In this document: in pieces, positions 36,358 through 44,577 of the stretch
Layout of the letters: each line of letters opens with the position of its first letter
Numbering within the stretch: position 1 is the first letter of the stretch
Assembly (NCBI GenBank): GCA_964609775.1
Contig: CAZSSJ010000001.1
Location: 22,858 to 86,857, forward strand
DNA length: 64,000 bases
From: an uncultured Gammaproteobacteria bacterium
GTDB taxonomy: Bacteria; Patescibacteriota; Microgenomatia; JAMCZE01
Direction: 5' to 3'
Made by a program: the position numbers and the translations under genes
The notes under the pieces: generated by a model
Databases searched by the model: none
Seen by the model: the letters and a program-made list of their open reading frames with translations, nothing else
What the model was told of the DNA's origin: nothing

Positions 36358-37566
36358 ATGCAAGCCTTAATTGAAACCTACCATCGTTTACTTTCGGAAA
36401 TAGTACCGTCCTACTGGCGCCGGTTCTATGACGAGTTTGTCATGGATAGCCGGATGGTCGGCATTGTTGGGGCAAGAGGGGTGGGAAAGACCACGTTTCT
36501 TGTTAGCTATCTGCGGGAACACTACGGCGGTTCGGACAGGTCACTCTACGTCTCGGCGGACAACCTCTATTTTGTGGAGCATACTTTGATTGAAGTGGCG
36601 GATCAATTTGTCAAGGACTTCGCCGGGGAGATTTTGTGCATTGACGAGATTCACCGCTATAGGAATTGGAATCAGGAACTGAAAAATATTTACGACTCCT
36701 ACCCTAAACTGTCAGTAATATTTTCAGGGAGTTCGAGTGTTGATCTGGTGAAAGGGAAGTATGATCTATCCCGCCGGGCTAACTTGAAAACGATGTATGG
36801 CTTTTCCTTCCGGGAATATCTGGAGGTTTGGGAGAAAGCTAAATACCCGATTCTGACGCTGGCGGAAATTCGCACTAATCACACGATGTATGCTCAGGAA
36901 TTAATGAAGACGCCAAAAATCCTTGGTTATCTGAAACAGTATCTTAAGGGAGGTTACTACCCGACGTTTTTGGAAATGGGGAGCTACGGCGCCTATCAAA
37001 GCAGCCTGCGGGGGATTATTGACAAGATTATCTTTGAAGATATCAGTAGTTTTTATTCTTTAAATACCTCTAATTTGGACACTCTTAAGAAGATAATTTA
37101 TTTCTTTGGGACTGCCCAGCCCGGGACTGTTAACATCAACCGCCTGGCCGGAAGTTTAAAGAAGGACTATACCACAATTGCGGAGTATGTGCAGATTTTA
37201 AGAGATACCGGACTTCTTCGTTTTCTCCGGCGGAACAAACAAGGCCATGCTTTAGTGCGGGATGCAGAAAAGATTTATCTGGACAATCCGAATCTCCTTT
37301 ACGCTGTTAATCAGGAGGTAGGGAAGGAGCCACTGGTTGGAGTTTCGCGGGAGCTCTTTGTGATTGGCAGTTTGGAAAACGCAGACTACCACGTGTTTTT
37401 TTCTGAGGCGGCGGACGTTGAATGCGACGGGCACCTTTTTGAGATTGGGGGGAAGAACAAAACCGCCTCGCAGTTGAAAGGGAAAGAAGGATATTTAATT
37501 AGTGATGATGTCCTTGTTGGCGACTCCAGAACCATTCCCCTTTATTTGTTTGGGTTTTTGTCTTAA
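36358..37566 (+). CDS. AAA_14/DUF4143-family ATPase (second copy)
   Basis: 402 aa. Walker A GARGVGKTT, Walker B ILCIDEIH, DUF4143-like C-terminus. Confidence 0.75.
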   Translation: MQALIETYHRLLSEIVPSYWRRFYDEFVMDSRMVGIVGARGVGKTTFLVSYLREHYGGSDRSLYVSADNLYFVEHTLIEVADQFVKDFAGEILCIDEIHRYRNWNQELKNIYDSYPKLSVIFSGSSSVDLVKGKYDLSRRANLKTMYGFSFREYLEVWEKAKYPILTLAEIRTNHTMYAQELMKTPKILGYLKQYLKGGYYPTFLEMGSYGAYQSSLRGIIDKIIFEDISSFYSLNTSNLDTLKKIIYFFGTAQPGTVNINRLAGSLKKDYTTIAEYVQILRDTGLLRFLRRNKQGHALVRDAEKIYLDNPNLLYAVNQEVGKEPLVGVSRELFVIGSLENADYHVFFSEAADVECDGHLFEIGGKNKTASQLKGKEGYLISDDVLVGDSRTIPLYLFGFLS

Positions 37567-37621
37567 TCGGTGGTTGATTTTTCAACTGGGGGTTTTTGTT
37601 TGGCCTCGAAAGATGAGGATT

Positions 37622-37670
37622 GGGAAATGAAAATGTTCCATGAGTTGCGATCGCGTTTTATGGAACAAAA
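37622..37670. repeat. Palindromic element copy 1 (GGGAAATG..ATGTTCCATG..GCGATCGC..TTATGGAACA)
   Basis: The 8-bp arms TGTTCCAT and ATGGAACA flank a central GCGATCGC. Lies between two convergent gene ends. Confidence 0.8.
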
Positions 37671-37736
37671 ATGCAAGATACAGAGTGGGGAAGTTGAGGA
37701 AAAAATTACCTTGTTGGCACTAGTGTGCAAGTTGGG

Positions 37737-38414
37737 TTATTTTAGGATTTGGGGTCTTAAGCTTCGGGCGAGGGATTCATAGAATTTCTCCATGGCTTTT
37801 TGGTCAAAGGGGACGAGCATTTTGGGAAGATTCGTTATTTCCGCGGCCTTGAGGAAGCTTTGGGCCGTTTTAATAGTGTCTGTGGTGACGACGAATTTTT
37901 GGTCAGCACTGGTGAGGAGATCGGCTGCTGTCCAGTTTGTTTCTTTGATAATTAAGTAGAGGTCGACGTAATCTCGTTCACGGGCTTTGGTGCGGATCGT
38001 GTGGATCTTGTTGACGGCAATGTCGTAGAGGCTATCAATTTCGAGGCCGCGCCACCTGATTCCCGGTTTTAGACGGTTGAAGGAGTAGTGGTTAAAGTCG
38101 ACCTTGAAACGGCTGTTGTCAGGGTAGCGGAAGAAATATGTGTAGAAACCAAGGTCGTCATCGACGCTAACGTGACGGTATTCGAGGATACTTTGATTCC
38201 TTTTGATCCATTCAGTAACACGGTCGCCATTAAAGGAGCGATCGGTGAAGAAATCCAAATCGTAGGATTCCCGGTGGTGGAGGTACCAGCTGGCCAGACC
38301 GGTGCCGCCGCTTAAGTAGAAGTTATCGAGGAGATATTTTTCCTGAAGTACCAGGTCCAGAAATTGCTTCTGTCGAAGGCTAAGTCCTTCTCCTTGCGCC
38401 AGGGTTTGTTCCAT
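37737..38414 (-). CDS. Nucleotidyltransferase AbiEii/AbiGii-toxin-like protein (copy 1)
   Basis: FYLSGGTGLASWYLHHRESYDLDFF NTase motif. Paralog of 39317-39991. Confidence 0.6.
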   Translation of the reverse strand: MEQTLAQGEGLSLRQKQFLDLVLQEKYLLDNFYLSGGTGLASWYLHHRESYDLDFFTDRSFNGDRVTEWIKRNQSILEYRHVSVDDDLGFYTYFFRYPDNSRFKVDFNHYSFNRLKPGIRWRGLEIDSLYDIAVNKIHTIRTKARERDYVDLYLIIKETNWTAADLLTSADQKFVVTTDTIKTAQSFLKAAEITNLPKMLVPFDQKAMEKFYESLARSLRPQILK

Positions 38415-38608
38415 AGGTAGAATTCTAGCACCTTTTTCTTGTCAGGATTGAGACGATCTTTGATTTTGAACCAGGCTTTCCGGAGCTCCTTTTCCTCGAT
38501 TTTTTCGCCCTCAAGGCCATAGTTTATACGCTGGACCAAGCGCCAGAGTTTATATTCTTTAGGATGGTTTTTTTTTAAGGCTTCCTCGTCAGTGTTCCAA
38601 TTGATCAT
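38312..38608 (-). CDS. Small partner protein of AbiEii-like copy 1 (possible antitoxin)
   Basis: MINWNTDEEALKK..YKLWRLVQRINYGLEGEK is a paralog of 39123-39389. Overlaps the NTase ORF by 103 nt. TATAAT-N7-ATG. Confidence 0.55.
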   Translation of the reverse strand: MINWNTDEEALKKNHPKEYKLWRLVQRINYGLEGEKIEEKELRKAWFKIKDRLNPDKKKVLEFYLWNKPWRKEKDLAFDRSNFWTWYFRKNISSITST

Positions 38609-38719
38609 TAAATAGATTATACCTCTTAAGGAAAAGCGGGGAGGGAGGGGCGGATTTGGCAGGAAGGTTGTCGCAGCAATCTGCCGTGTGGCAGTCTGTC
38701 GGCCCAGGGAAAGAGAGCT

Positions 38720-39004
38720 TCAGGTTGCTATGATGGTTGATTTGCGACCAAAGTCGTCTTGCCAGATTTTGAGTTTTTGCCCTTTCGGATAGTGTGTCGT
38801 CACATCATTTCTTGAGTCTGGATATAGTTGGCTGACATTAAATCCTTCGCCTGGTGCCAGGGAAATGATTTCAAGTGGACTTTGTGCATCGGAAGATAAT
38901 TCCCACTTTTTTTCTCCTTGAGACAGTTCCCGGGGAAAACGGAATTTGGGTAACAGGCCTCCTTCTGGATGCCAAAAATTGTCATACTCTATCTTACAGG
39001 TCAT
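38720..39004 (-). CDS. Small hypothetical protein A (94 aa) behind the shared promoter module
   Basis: ATG lies 6 nt after the GAGAAT of the module. No family recognised. Confidence 0.5.
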   Translation of the reverse strand: MTCKIEYDNFWHPEGGLLPKFRFPRELSQGEKKWELSSDAQSPLEIISLAPGEGFNVSQLYPDSRNDVTTHYPKGQKLKIWQDDFGRKSTIIAT

Positions 39005-39039
39005 AGCCTTATTCTCTCTCTCTCTGCTTAATTTGTCAA
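39005..39039 (-). promoter_or_regulatory. Shared promoter module, copy A: TTGACA-N17[(GA)n]-GAGAAT-N6-ATG
   Basis: Minus strand reads TTGACAAATTAAGCAGAGAGAGAGAGAATAAGGCTATG. Confidence 0.6.
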
Positions 39040-39122
39040 GCTACGCTTGACAAAACCAGCCCCGGCGTTTTTTGTCGAGTTTGGGAGGGGCGGGTGAGCC
39101 TGATTTATGGTAAAATATGCTT

Positions 39123-39389
39123 ATGCTTAACTGGTCCACTGACGAAAAAGCCTTCAAGAAAAAAGACCCTAAGGGCTACAAATTGTGGAGGTTAACTCAG
39201 CTCATAAACTTCGGTCTTGACGGGGAAAAACTGTCGGAAAAAGAAGTCAGAAAAGCCTGGCCGAAGATCAAGGACAGGCTCGATCCCTACAAGGGCCGTT
39301 TGCTGGAGTTTCTTATATGGGGAAAACAATACTCACTCCCAAACAATATCAGTTTCTGGAACTGGCCGCTGCCGACCCAAAAATCGTAG
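39123..39389 (+). CDS. Small partner protein of AbiEii-like copy 2
   Basis: MLNWSTDEKAFKK..YKLWRLTQLINFGLDGEK. TAAAAT (39111-39116)-N6-ATG at 39123; the track ORF starts at 39117. Confidence 0.55.
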   Translation: MLNWSTDEKAFKKKDPKGYKLWRLTQLINFGLDGEKLSEKEVRKAWPKIKDRLDPYKGRLLEFLIWGKQYSLPNNISFWNWPLPTQKS

Positions 39390-39991
39390 CGAATTTCTAT
39401 CTCACTGGCGGCACGGCTCTGTCAGAATTTTATCTCCACCACCGCCTCTCTGAAGACATCGATCTTTTTTGCCCGAAAGAAGAAGTCGATCAAAAATTCG
39501 TAGAAATTTTCCTCAAAAAAATCTCACCAAAGATGGCAATCCAATATCTCCGCCCGACCGTATTCTTGGGTCTTGTCAGTTACAAATTGGTCTTCACGGA
39601 CAAAACAGAATTGAAAGTAGATTTTAACTATTACCCTTTCCTCCAAATCGATAGTGGTACCAAATTTAATAATCTGAGTGTCGACAGCCTTTATGATATT
39701 GCGGCAAACAAACTGCACACTCTTTTTATGAGACCACGATCGCGCGATTACGTGGATCTTTATTTTATTCTCCAGCAAGAAAATTATCCGTTAGAAAAGC
39801 TGATAATCGACGCCAAAATCAAGTTCGACTGGCACATTGATAACACGACTCTCGCCAGTCAATTCTCAAGAGTGCAAGATTTAGTTTCAACCGATTTACC
39901 AAAAATGCTCGTTCCTTTTGATCAAGAAAAGATGGAAAAATTTTTTCTTGATCTGGCGAAATCGCTCAAAGGAAAGATATTTAAAGAGTGA
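39317..39991 (+). CDS. Nucleotidyltransferase AbiEii/AbiGii-toxin-like protein (copy 2)
   Basis: FYLTGGTALSEFYLHHRLSEDIDLF. Overlaps the partner ORF by 73 nt. Confidence 0.6.
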   Translation: MGKTILTPKQYQFLELAAADPKIVANFYLTGGTALSEFYLHHRLSEDIDLFCPKEEVDQKFVEIFLKKISPKMAIQYLRPTVFLGLVSYKLVFTDKTELKVDFNYYPFLQIDSGTKFNNLSVDSLYDIAANKLHTLFMRPRSRDYVDLYFILQQENYPLEKLIIDAKIKFDWHIDNTTLASQFSRVQDLVSTDLPKMLVPFDQEKMEKFFLDLAKSLKGKIFKE

Positions 39992-40045
39992 GCAGGGTTG
40001 GGGCAAATTGCTTCGGAAAGCAGGGGCAGGTGGCTGACAGACACC

Positions 40046-40291
40046 TTAATAATTATCAAGAATTTTTTTGGCCTTTATTTTTCGTTTTTCTGCTTCTGGA
40101 CTGATTTTTAATTTTTGGTCGAATGGCGCTTTTTGGTAGTAGGGATGGCTGTATTTTGGAGTTTTGCTAAATTTCTCTGGCACGTTCTTCCAGCCACATG
40201 TAAGAAGTACTCTCGTCGCTGGACGCGGTTTGATTGGTTTTATTAAGTGAAGAGATTGTTCAGACACCCCTTCAGACACCCCTTCAGACAC
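40046..40291 (-). CDS. Small hypothetical protein B (81 aa), GTG start, N-terminal (SEGV)n from a 12-bp tandem repeat
   Basis: GAGAAT-N6-GTG. An ATG 2 nt upstream opens only a 16-codon frame. No family recognised. Confidence 0.35.
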   Translation of the reverse strand: MSEGVSEGVSEQSLHLIKPIKPRPATRVLLTCGWKNVPEKFSKTPKYSHPYYQKAPFDQKLKISPEAEKRKIKAKKILDNY

Positions 40292-40336
40292 ATGTTTATT
40301 CTCTCTCTCTCTCTCTCTCTCTGCTTAATTTGTCAA
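40292..40336 (-). promoter_or_regulatory. Shared promoter module, copy B: spacer 27 nt, (TC)11 on the plus strand
   Basis: TTGACAAATTAAGC + long (AG)n + GAGAAT. Confidence 0.5.
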
Positions 40337-40375
40337 GTTGGGACTGGCTGGGAATCGGAGGAAGGAAATCGCATC

Positions 40376-40404
40376 TTGACATCATTGCATCTTGATGAGA
40401 AAAT
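40376..40404 (+). promoter_or_regulatory. vapBC promoter giving a leaderless mRNA
   Basis: TTGACA-N17-GAAAAT-N6-ATG(40411). Confidence 0.55.
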
Positions 40405-40410
40405 GTGGGT

Positions 40411-40665
40411 ATGAACACAGTCAGAACGACGATTTCGCTGGAGGCGGATTTACACCGGCAAGTTTTGGCACAGGCCAACAACCTGGGCTTGTCCATGAGC
40501 GAAGTTGTTAACAAGCGACTGATGAATCCTAACTTCGGGAAGAGCCGGGCCCAGATTGAGGAAAAAATTGCTGAGGACCGGCGCTTTTTCAGGCAGTTGT
40601 CTCACAAGGGAAGAAAAGTTGATTTAGTTAAGGCTTTGAGAGAGGACCGGGACCGTGACAGTTGA
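40411..40665 (+). CDS. vapB: RHH/CopG-type antitoxin
   Basis: MNTVRTTISLEADLHRQVLAQANNLGLSMSEVVNKRL. Directly precedes and overlaps a PIN gene. The track ORF starts at 40405. Confidence 0.7.
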   Translation: MNTVRTTISLEADLHRQVLAQANNLGLSMSEVVNKRLMNPNFGKSRAQIEEKIAEDRRFFRQLSHKGRKVDLVKALREDRDRDS

Positions 40666-41074
40666 CAGGTTTGTCATTGACGCCAGCGTGGTTTTGGAAT
40701 GGGTGGAAACGAAAGAGTCGCCTCAAAAACAGAGGGCGCTTGGTCTCTATGAGCGGCTGGTGAAAGGTGAGGTGGCTTTTTCGGCGCCTTCATTTCTTCT
40801 GGTTGAGGTCATTAATGTGCTTTATTGGAAGAAAAGAAACACGGTTGAGGAGATCAGAGACTTTGTTGACCGGGTCAAGACTTCGGGGATTAATTTTGTT
40901 GACGGCGCGTTTTCAGCTGACGCCAGTGATGAGCTTCTGGATGCAGTTGGAAAGCATGAGATTACAGCCTATGACGCACAGTATGTGATTCTGGCAAAGA
41001 AGCTGGGAGTGAAGCTCCTGACGTTTGATGAGAAGTTGTTGGGGATTAAAGAAGTGGGTGCGGGGGAATGGTAG
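40655..41074 (+). CDS. vapC: PIN-domain toxin
   Basis: FVIDASVVLEW ... ITAYDAQYVILAKKLGVKLLTFDEKL. Confidence 0.8.
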   Translation: MTVDRFVIDASVVLEWVETKESPQKQRALGLYERLVKGEVAFSAPSFLLVEVINVLYWKKRNTVEEIRDFVDRVKTSGINFVDGAFSADASDELLDAVGKHEITAYDAQYVILAKKLGVKLLTFDEKLLGIKEVGAGEW

Positions 41075-41080
41075 AGAGAC

Positions 41081-41473
41081 CTACCATATTTCCTGTGGTC
41101 CATATTCCTGGTCGAAATCTTTTTGAGCTAAGCGAACATATTTCTCTTCGGTAATCTGCCAAGAGGTGCCGTCTCCCTTTGGATCCCATTCGGTGCGTAA
41201 TAGAACAGTGTTTGGTGTGCGGGTTTTCCAGCGAGATTCGCGAATGTCCGGCCTTTTTGTTCGAACCGCTTCATCATATTCATCGTATTTTCGACCCGTT
41301 AGTCCTATTCTTTCTTGAGCTAATCGACGGCCTTCTTCAGTCCAAGGACGAAATTCAATTCTCCTTCCTTGTTGGCCAGGTCCAAAACCAAGATTTGGAT
41401 GGAGAAAATAATCAAGTTCTATTTTATCCTGCTCAAATAGAGCTTGTGTCTCCGGCGATTGATTTACGGACAT
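41081..41473 (-). CDS. Small hypothetical protein C (130 aa), intact paralog of G
   Basis: Shares EGRRLAQERIGLTGRKY and TPNTVLLRTEWDPKGD with 48494-48877. Its stop is 6 nt from the vapC stop. Confidence 0.6.
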   Translation of the reverse strand: MSVNQSPETQALFEQDKIELDYFLHPNLGFGPGQQGRRIEFRPWTEEGRRLAQERIGLTGRKYDEYDEAVRTKRPDIRESRWKTRTPNTVLLRTEWDPKGDGTSWQITEEKYVRLAQKDFDQEYGPQEIW

Positions 41474-41508
41474 GGCCTTATTCTCTCTCTCTCTTCCTAA
41501 AAAGTCAA
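41474..41508 (-). promoter_or_regulatory. Shared promoter module, copy C (TTGACT variant): spacer 17, N6, ATG
   Basis: TTGACTTTTTAGGAAGAGAGAGAGAGAATAAGGCCATG. Confidence 0.6.
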
Positions 41509-41597
41509 ATTTGGTTGGGCCGGAAAAGTGGTCGTGTCTTATTTATGCGATCGCATTTTTAAGAAGTCAGTTGGTTGATAAGAGAAGATAGGATAAA

Positions 41598-41626
41598 TTG
41601 ACATTATTAATTGATTCGACTATAAT
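41598..41626 (+). promoter_or_regulatory. Consensus promoter of the wHTH/NTase pair
   Basis: TTGACA-N17-TATAAT, then a leader with AAGAGG before the ATG at 41647. Confidence 0.6.
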
Positions 41627-41646
41627 CGAAAAGAGGCATAAAACAT

Positions 41647-42234
41647 ATGAAGAAAATCGAACTCATTTGGCGGGAGATTCTAGAGAACGGACAGAAAGAT
41701 CCCGTTTTTGAACAGAAGGAGCTGGCGTCAAGACTGGGATTGTCCACGAGCACGGTTTTTGCGGCGCTTGAGCCATTGAGAGCAATTGGAGCGGTAACGG
41801 TTGGCGGCCGGGGGTTTCGGTTGACTAATTTTTCCAAAGTGCTCTTCTTTTGGGCGACGCATCGAAATTTGGCCAAAGATATCGTTTACAAAACGAGGGT
41901 TGATCTGCCAATGGTCGAAATTGAGGGCCTGGTTGACAACGAAACGATTTACGGGGCATATAGTGCCGGCCGCAGGCTTCTGGGGCAGGCTCCGGCTGAC
42001 TATGACAAAGTCTATCTTTATGCCTCAAAAACAGACAATTTGATCAGGAGATTTCCGAGGGCGGGGGGGGCAGCCAACGTTTTTGTCCTGCAGGCTGATC
42101 CGGGCTTGCCGGCTTTTGGCAAAATGACCCCGGTGTCGCAGACGTTTGTTGATTTGTGGAATTTGCCGGACTGGTTTGCGCAGGATTTTTTGGAGGCTTT
42201 AAAGGAGAAATTTTATGGCGGATTATTATCATGA
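41647..42234 (+). CDS. Winged-HTH protein (AbiEi/MarR-like; candidate antitoxin or regulator)
   Basis: QKELASRLGLSTSTVFAALEPLRAIGAV HTH. Overlaps the downstream NTase-fold gene by 20 nt. Confidence 0.5.
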   Translation: MKKIELIWREILENGQKDPVFEQKELASRLGLSTSTVFAALEPLRAIGAVTVGGRGFRLTNFSKVLFFWATHRNLAKDIVYKTRVDLPMVEIEGLVDNETIYGAYSAGRRLLGQAPADYDKVYLYASKTDNLIRRFPRAGGAANVFVLQADPGLPAFGKMTPVSQTFVDLWNLPDWFAQDFLEALKEKFYGGLLS

Positions 42235-42826
42235 TTTAGTGACTGACAAGAGTTGGAAGACTTTGCAGGAACTTAAGAGCCAGGTGGATTTTGTGCTCAT
42301 CGGCGGGTGGGCGGTTTATTTATATACAAAAGCTTTGAAGTCGAAAGACATTGACATTATTGTCAATTTTGACCAACTGGACAGATTAAGGAGTCAATTT
42401 GAGGTCGTCAAAAATGAGCGGTTGAAGAAATATGAAGCGAGGCGCGAGGAAGTCCAGATTGATGTCTATTTGCCGCACTTCAGCGAAATTGGAGTGCCCA
42501 TTGAGGAGGTTGTCAAAAGGGTCGTTTCCCGGGAGACGTTTGTGGTTCCGGTGCCGGAGGCGCTTCTCATTTTGAAGCAGTTTATTTTGGGGCAGAGGGG
42601 GCTGTCGGCCAAGGGCCAAAAAGACCGACTGGACATCTTGTCGATCCTCCTTTCGGTTGAGGTGAACTTTAGGGAATATCGCAAATTAACGCAGGCGTGG
42701 GGCTTGACTTCTTTTCCTTCGGAGCTGGCGGAACTTGTTTCGACAACGGTCAGAATTCCGGAGCTATCGGTTGATGAGTATCAATGGTCGAAGGTGAAAA
42801 AGAAGGTTTTGAACTTGGTGGCTTAG
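42215..42826 (+). CDS. Nucleotidyltransferase-fold protein (candidate toxin partner)
   Basis: LIGGWAVYLY...SKDIDIIV matches the G[GS]-x-D.D minimal NTase motif. Confidence 0.5.
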   Translation: MADYYHDLVTDKSWKTLQELKSQVDFVLIGGWAVYLYTKALKSKDIDIIVNFDQLDRLRSQFEVVKNERLKKYEARREEVQIDVYLPHFSEIGVPIEEVVKRVVSRETFVVPVPEALLILKQFILGQRGLSAKGQKDRLDILSILLSVEVNFREYRKLTQAWGLTSFPSELAELVSTTVRIPELSVDEYQWSKVKKKVLNLVA

Positions 42827-42888
42827 CGTCGGGTTTTTAGTTGTCTCCCGTGTTTAGATTTGTGGTCCGAGAGCTTGAGAATATGACA

Positions 42889-43344
42889 TTAGTTTTGAGG
42901 TTGGAGCATTTTGATGAGACTGCCTAGTCTTGCTGCTTGATCTTCGCCGATCGTTGATGCAGTCTGGGCTGCACCGAGGAATTCTTCACGTAGAAATTGT
43001 CTTTCAGGGTTCCTTCCTAGGGCTACTGCGTCCTTTCCCTCTGCTGAGGCCGCGCTTTCGAGCCATTTTGCCTGGTCTATTTTCAGATAATTTATTGCTT
43101 TTTGCCTGGCAGCCGGGTCGTTGTTTTTTAATCCCGTGGCAATCTGTTCGATTACTGCGCGGCCAGCTTCGTACATGGCCCGGATTTCCCCTTGATCATC
43201 GCCCCAACCCTCGCCTGCTTTTTCAGCCGCCTCAAGCTCATGCTCAAAGTAGGTTATCGGATTAGCGTAGATTTCGTTCGATTCGGCTTCGTACCAATGA
43301 GGGAATCTGCCAGTTTGAGTTGTTTTTTCTGTTCTGTCAGCCAT
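42889..43344 (-). CDS. Small hypothetical protein D (151 aa from the ATG at 43344)
   Basis: GGAGGT lies 7 nt upstream of the ATG. The track ORF starts at a TTG at 43359. No family recognised. Confidence 0.5.
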   Translation of the reverse strand: MADRTEKTTQTGRFPHWYEAESNEIYANPITYFEHELEAAEKAGEGWGDDQGEIRAMYEAGRAVIEQIATGLKNNDPAARQKAINYLKIDQAKWLESAASAEGKDAVALGRNPERQFLREEFLGAAQTASTIGEDQAARLGSLIKMLQPQN

Positions 43345-43395
43345 TTGAATTACCTCCAAGGTCTATTGTCTCTCTCTCTCTTCCTAAAAAGTCAA
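43345..43395 (-). promoter_or_regulatory. Shared promoter module, copy D (TTGACT variant): spacer 19, -10 GACAAT, SD-containing leader
   Basis: TTGACTTTTTAGGAAGAGAGAGAGAGACAATAGACCTTGGAGGTAATTCAAATG. Confidence 0.55.
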
Positions 43396-43440
43396 ATTTT
43401 GGCTTTGCGTTTTGGCTACGAAGTTGATATACTCTGAGAA

Positions 43441-43716
43441 ATGCAAACTACGCTTCTTAACTACCGAATCATTGTTGAGCCCGACAGCCAAACTGGAACA
43501 GGCAAGCTTGGATACACAGCCTATGCACCCACCTTGGGAGTGGCTGATGATGGAAAGACAATTGAAGAGGCAATTAAAAATGTTCGGGGCGCAATTGAAG
43601 CATTTGTGGAAAGTTTGATCGTTGATGGGCAACCAGTGCCAACAGACCGAGTGGAGCAAGATCTTGTGGCGACGGCACAAATTTCGGTTAACGGCCCGGT
43701 TCAATTCGCTTTTTAA
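43441..43716 (+). CDS. hicB: HicB-family antitoxin
   Basis: YRIIVEPDSQTGTGKLGYTAYAPTLGVADDGKTIEEAIKNVRGAIEAFVESL. TATACT-N7-ATG. Confidence 0.75.
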   Translation: MQTTLLNYRIIVEPDSQTGTGKLGYTAYAPTLGVADDGKTIEEAIKNVRGAIEAFVESLIVDGQPVPTDRVEQDLVATAQISVNGPVQFAF

Positions 43717-43937
43717 TGCCTGAGATTCCTCAAATTAAACCTCGGAATGTGGAAAAAGTGCTACTGAAAAGAGGTTTTGTCGGCCGGACAACAAAAAGCA
43801 GTCATGTTGTTTTTGTTCATAAGGATGGCAGGCGCACAGTTGTTCCGGTTCACAATAAACCGGTGAGCACAGGAACTCTTCGGGCAATCCTTCGCCAGGC
43901 AAAGATTTCCGTGGAGGAGTTTTTGGAGGAAGTTTAA
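43716..43937 (+). CDS. hicA: HicA-family mRNA interferase toxin
   Basis: KPRNVEKVLLKRGFVGRTTKSSHVVFVHKDGRRTVVPVHNKPVSTGTLRAILRQAKI. Confidence 0.8.
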   Translation: MPEIPQIKPRNVEKVLLKRGFVGRTTKSSHVVFVHKDGRRTVVPVHNKPVSTGTLRAILRQAKISVEEFLEEV

Positions 43938-44374
43938 TTGGGAGATGGGGTTTCTGGTGGACTTGAGAACTTTTCTAGTTGTTTTGCTAGAGCCCTGAAA
44001 CCTGACAAAAACCATGTCTCGCCTTCATCCTCACTTTTTTTTGGTTCGAGACCGTACTCTTCAGACATTGCGTTGACAACTCCTGAGAAGTCGTTCAGGG
44101 TCTGAGCAGTTCTGAGGGCGTCTTGCCACAACTGTATACCTTGTTCCGCTGCCGCATACATTGCTGGGTCGTCTTGTGGATCTACACGGTTCCTGATTAT
44201 TAGCTCATTATTGAGTCTTGTTTGGGCGAGCAGAATTGCATCCTGCCGAGCTTTTCGGTCGGATACCGATTTTCCAACATATCTGTTTCTAAACTCAGCT
44301 GGTAGTCTGTTTTCCAGAACTGCCCAAGCTTTCCTGGGATTAAAGTTCTCTTCAACATTATTTTTTTCTGACAT
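43934..44374 (-). CDS. Small hypothetical protein E (146 aa)
   Basis: The ATG follows GAGAAT-N7. Its 3' end overlaps the hicA stop by 4 nt. No family recognised. Confidence 0.5.
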   Translation of the reverse strand: MSEKNNVEENFNPRKAWAVLENRLPAEFRNRYVGKSVSDRKARQDAILLAQTRLNNELIIRNRVDPQDDPAMYAAAEQGIQLWQDALRTAQTLNDFSGVVNAMSEEYGLEPKKSEDEGETWFLSGFRALAKQLEKFSSPPETPSPN

Positions 44375-44420
44375 TTGTTTTATTCTCTCTCTCTCTCTCT
44401 CTCTCTGCTTAATTTGTCAA
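44375..44420 (-). promoter_or_regulatory. Shared promoter module, copy E: spacer 27 nt, (TC)11
   Basis: TTGACAAATTAAGC + (AG)n + GAGAATAAAACAAATG. Confidence 0.5.
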
Positions 44421-44455
44421 GCTTGGACAATCCAGAATGGCCCAGGAGAATTTTA

Positions 44456-44496
44456 GGGAAAATGTTCGATGTTTTGTGATCGCGTTTTATGGAACA
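44456..44496. repeat. Palindromic element copy 2 (left arm and core each degenerate by one base)
   Basis: GGGAAAATGTTCGATGTTTTGTGATCGCGTTTTATGGAACA. Sits between the ruvB stop and module E. Confidence 0.75.
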
Positions 44497-44577
44497 AAAT
44501 GTTGGGTGGGAGAACGGCGTGGATTTTGTGTCAATCTGGACGAGAGGTTTCTTGGGGCAGTAGCAGTGGTGGGGATG

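Noticed and set aside
37570-37782. 70-aa ORF between the ATPase and AbiEii-like genes
   Set aside because: It spans palindromic element copy 1 and the 3' end of the converging gene. There is no RBS or promoter geometry, so it is likely non-coding.
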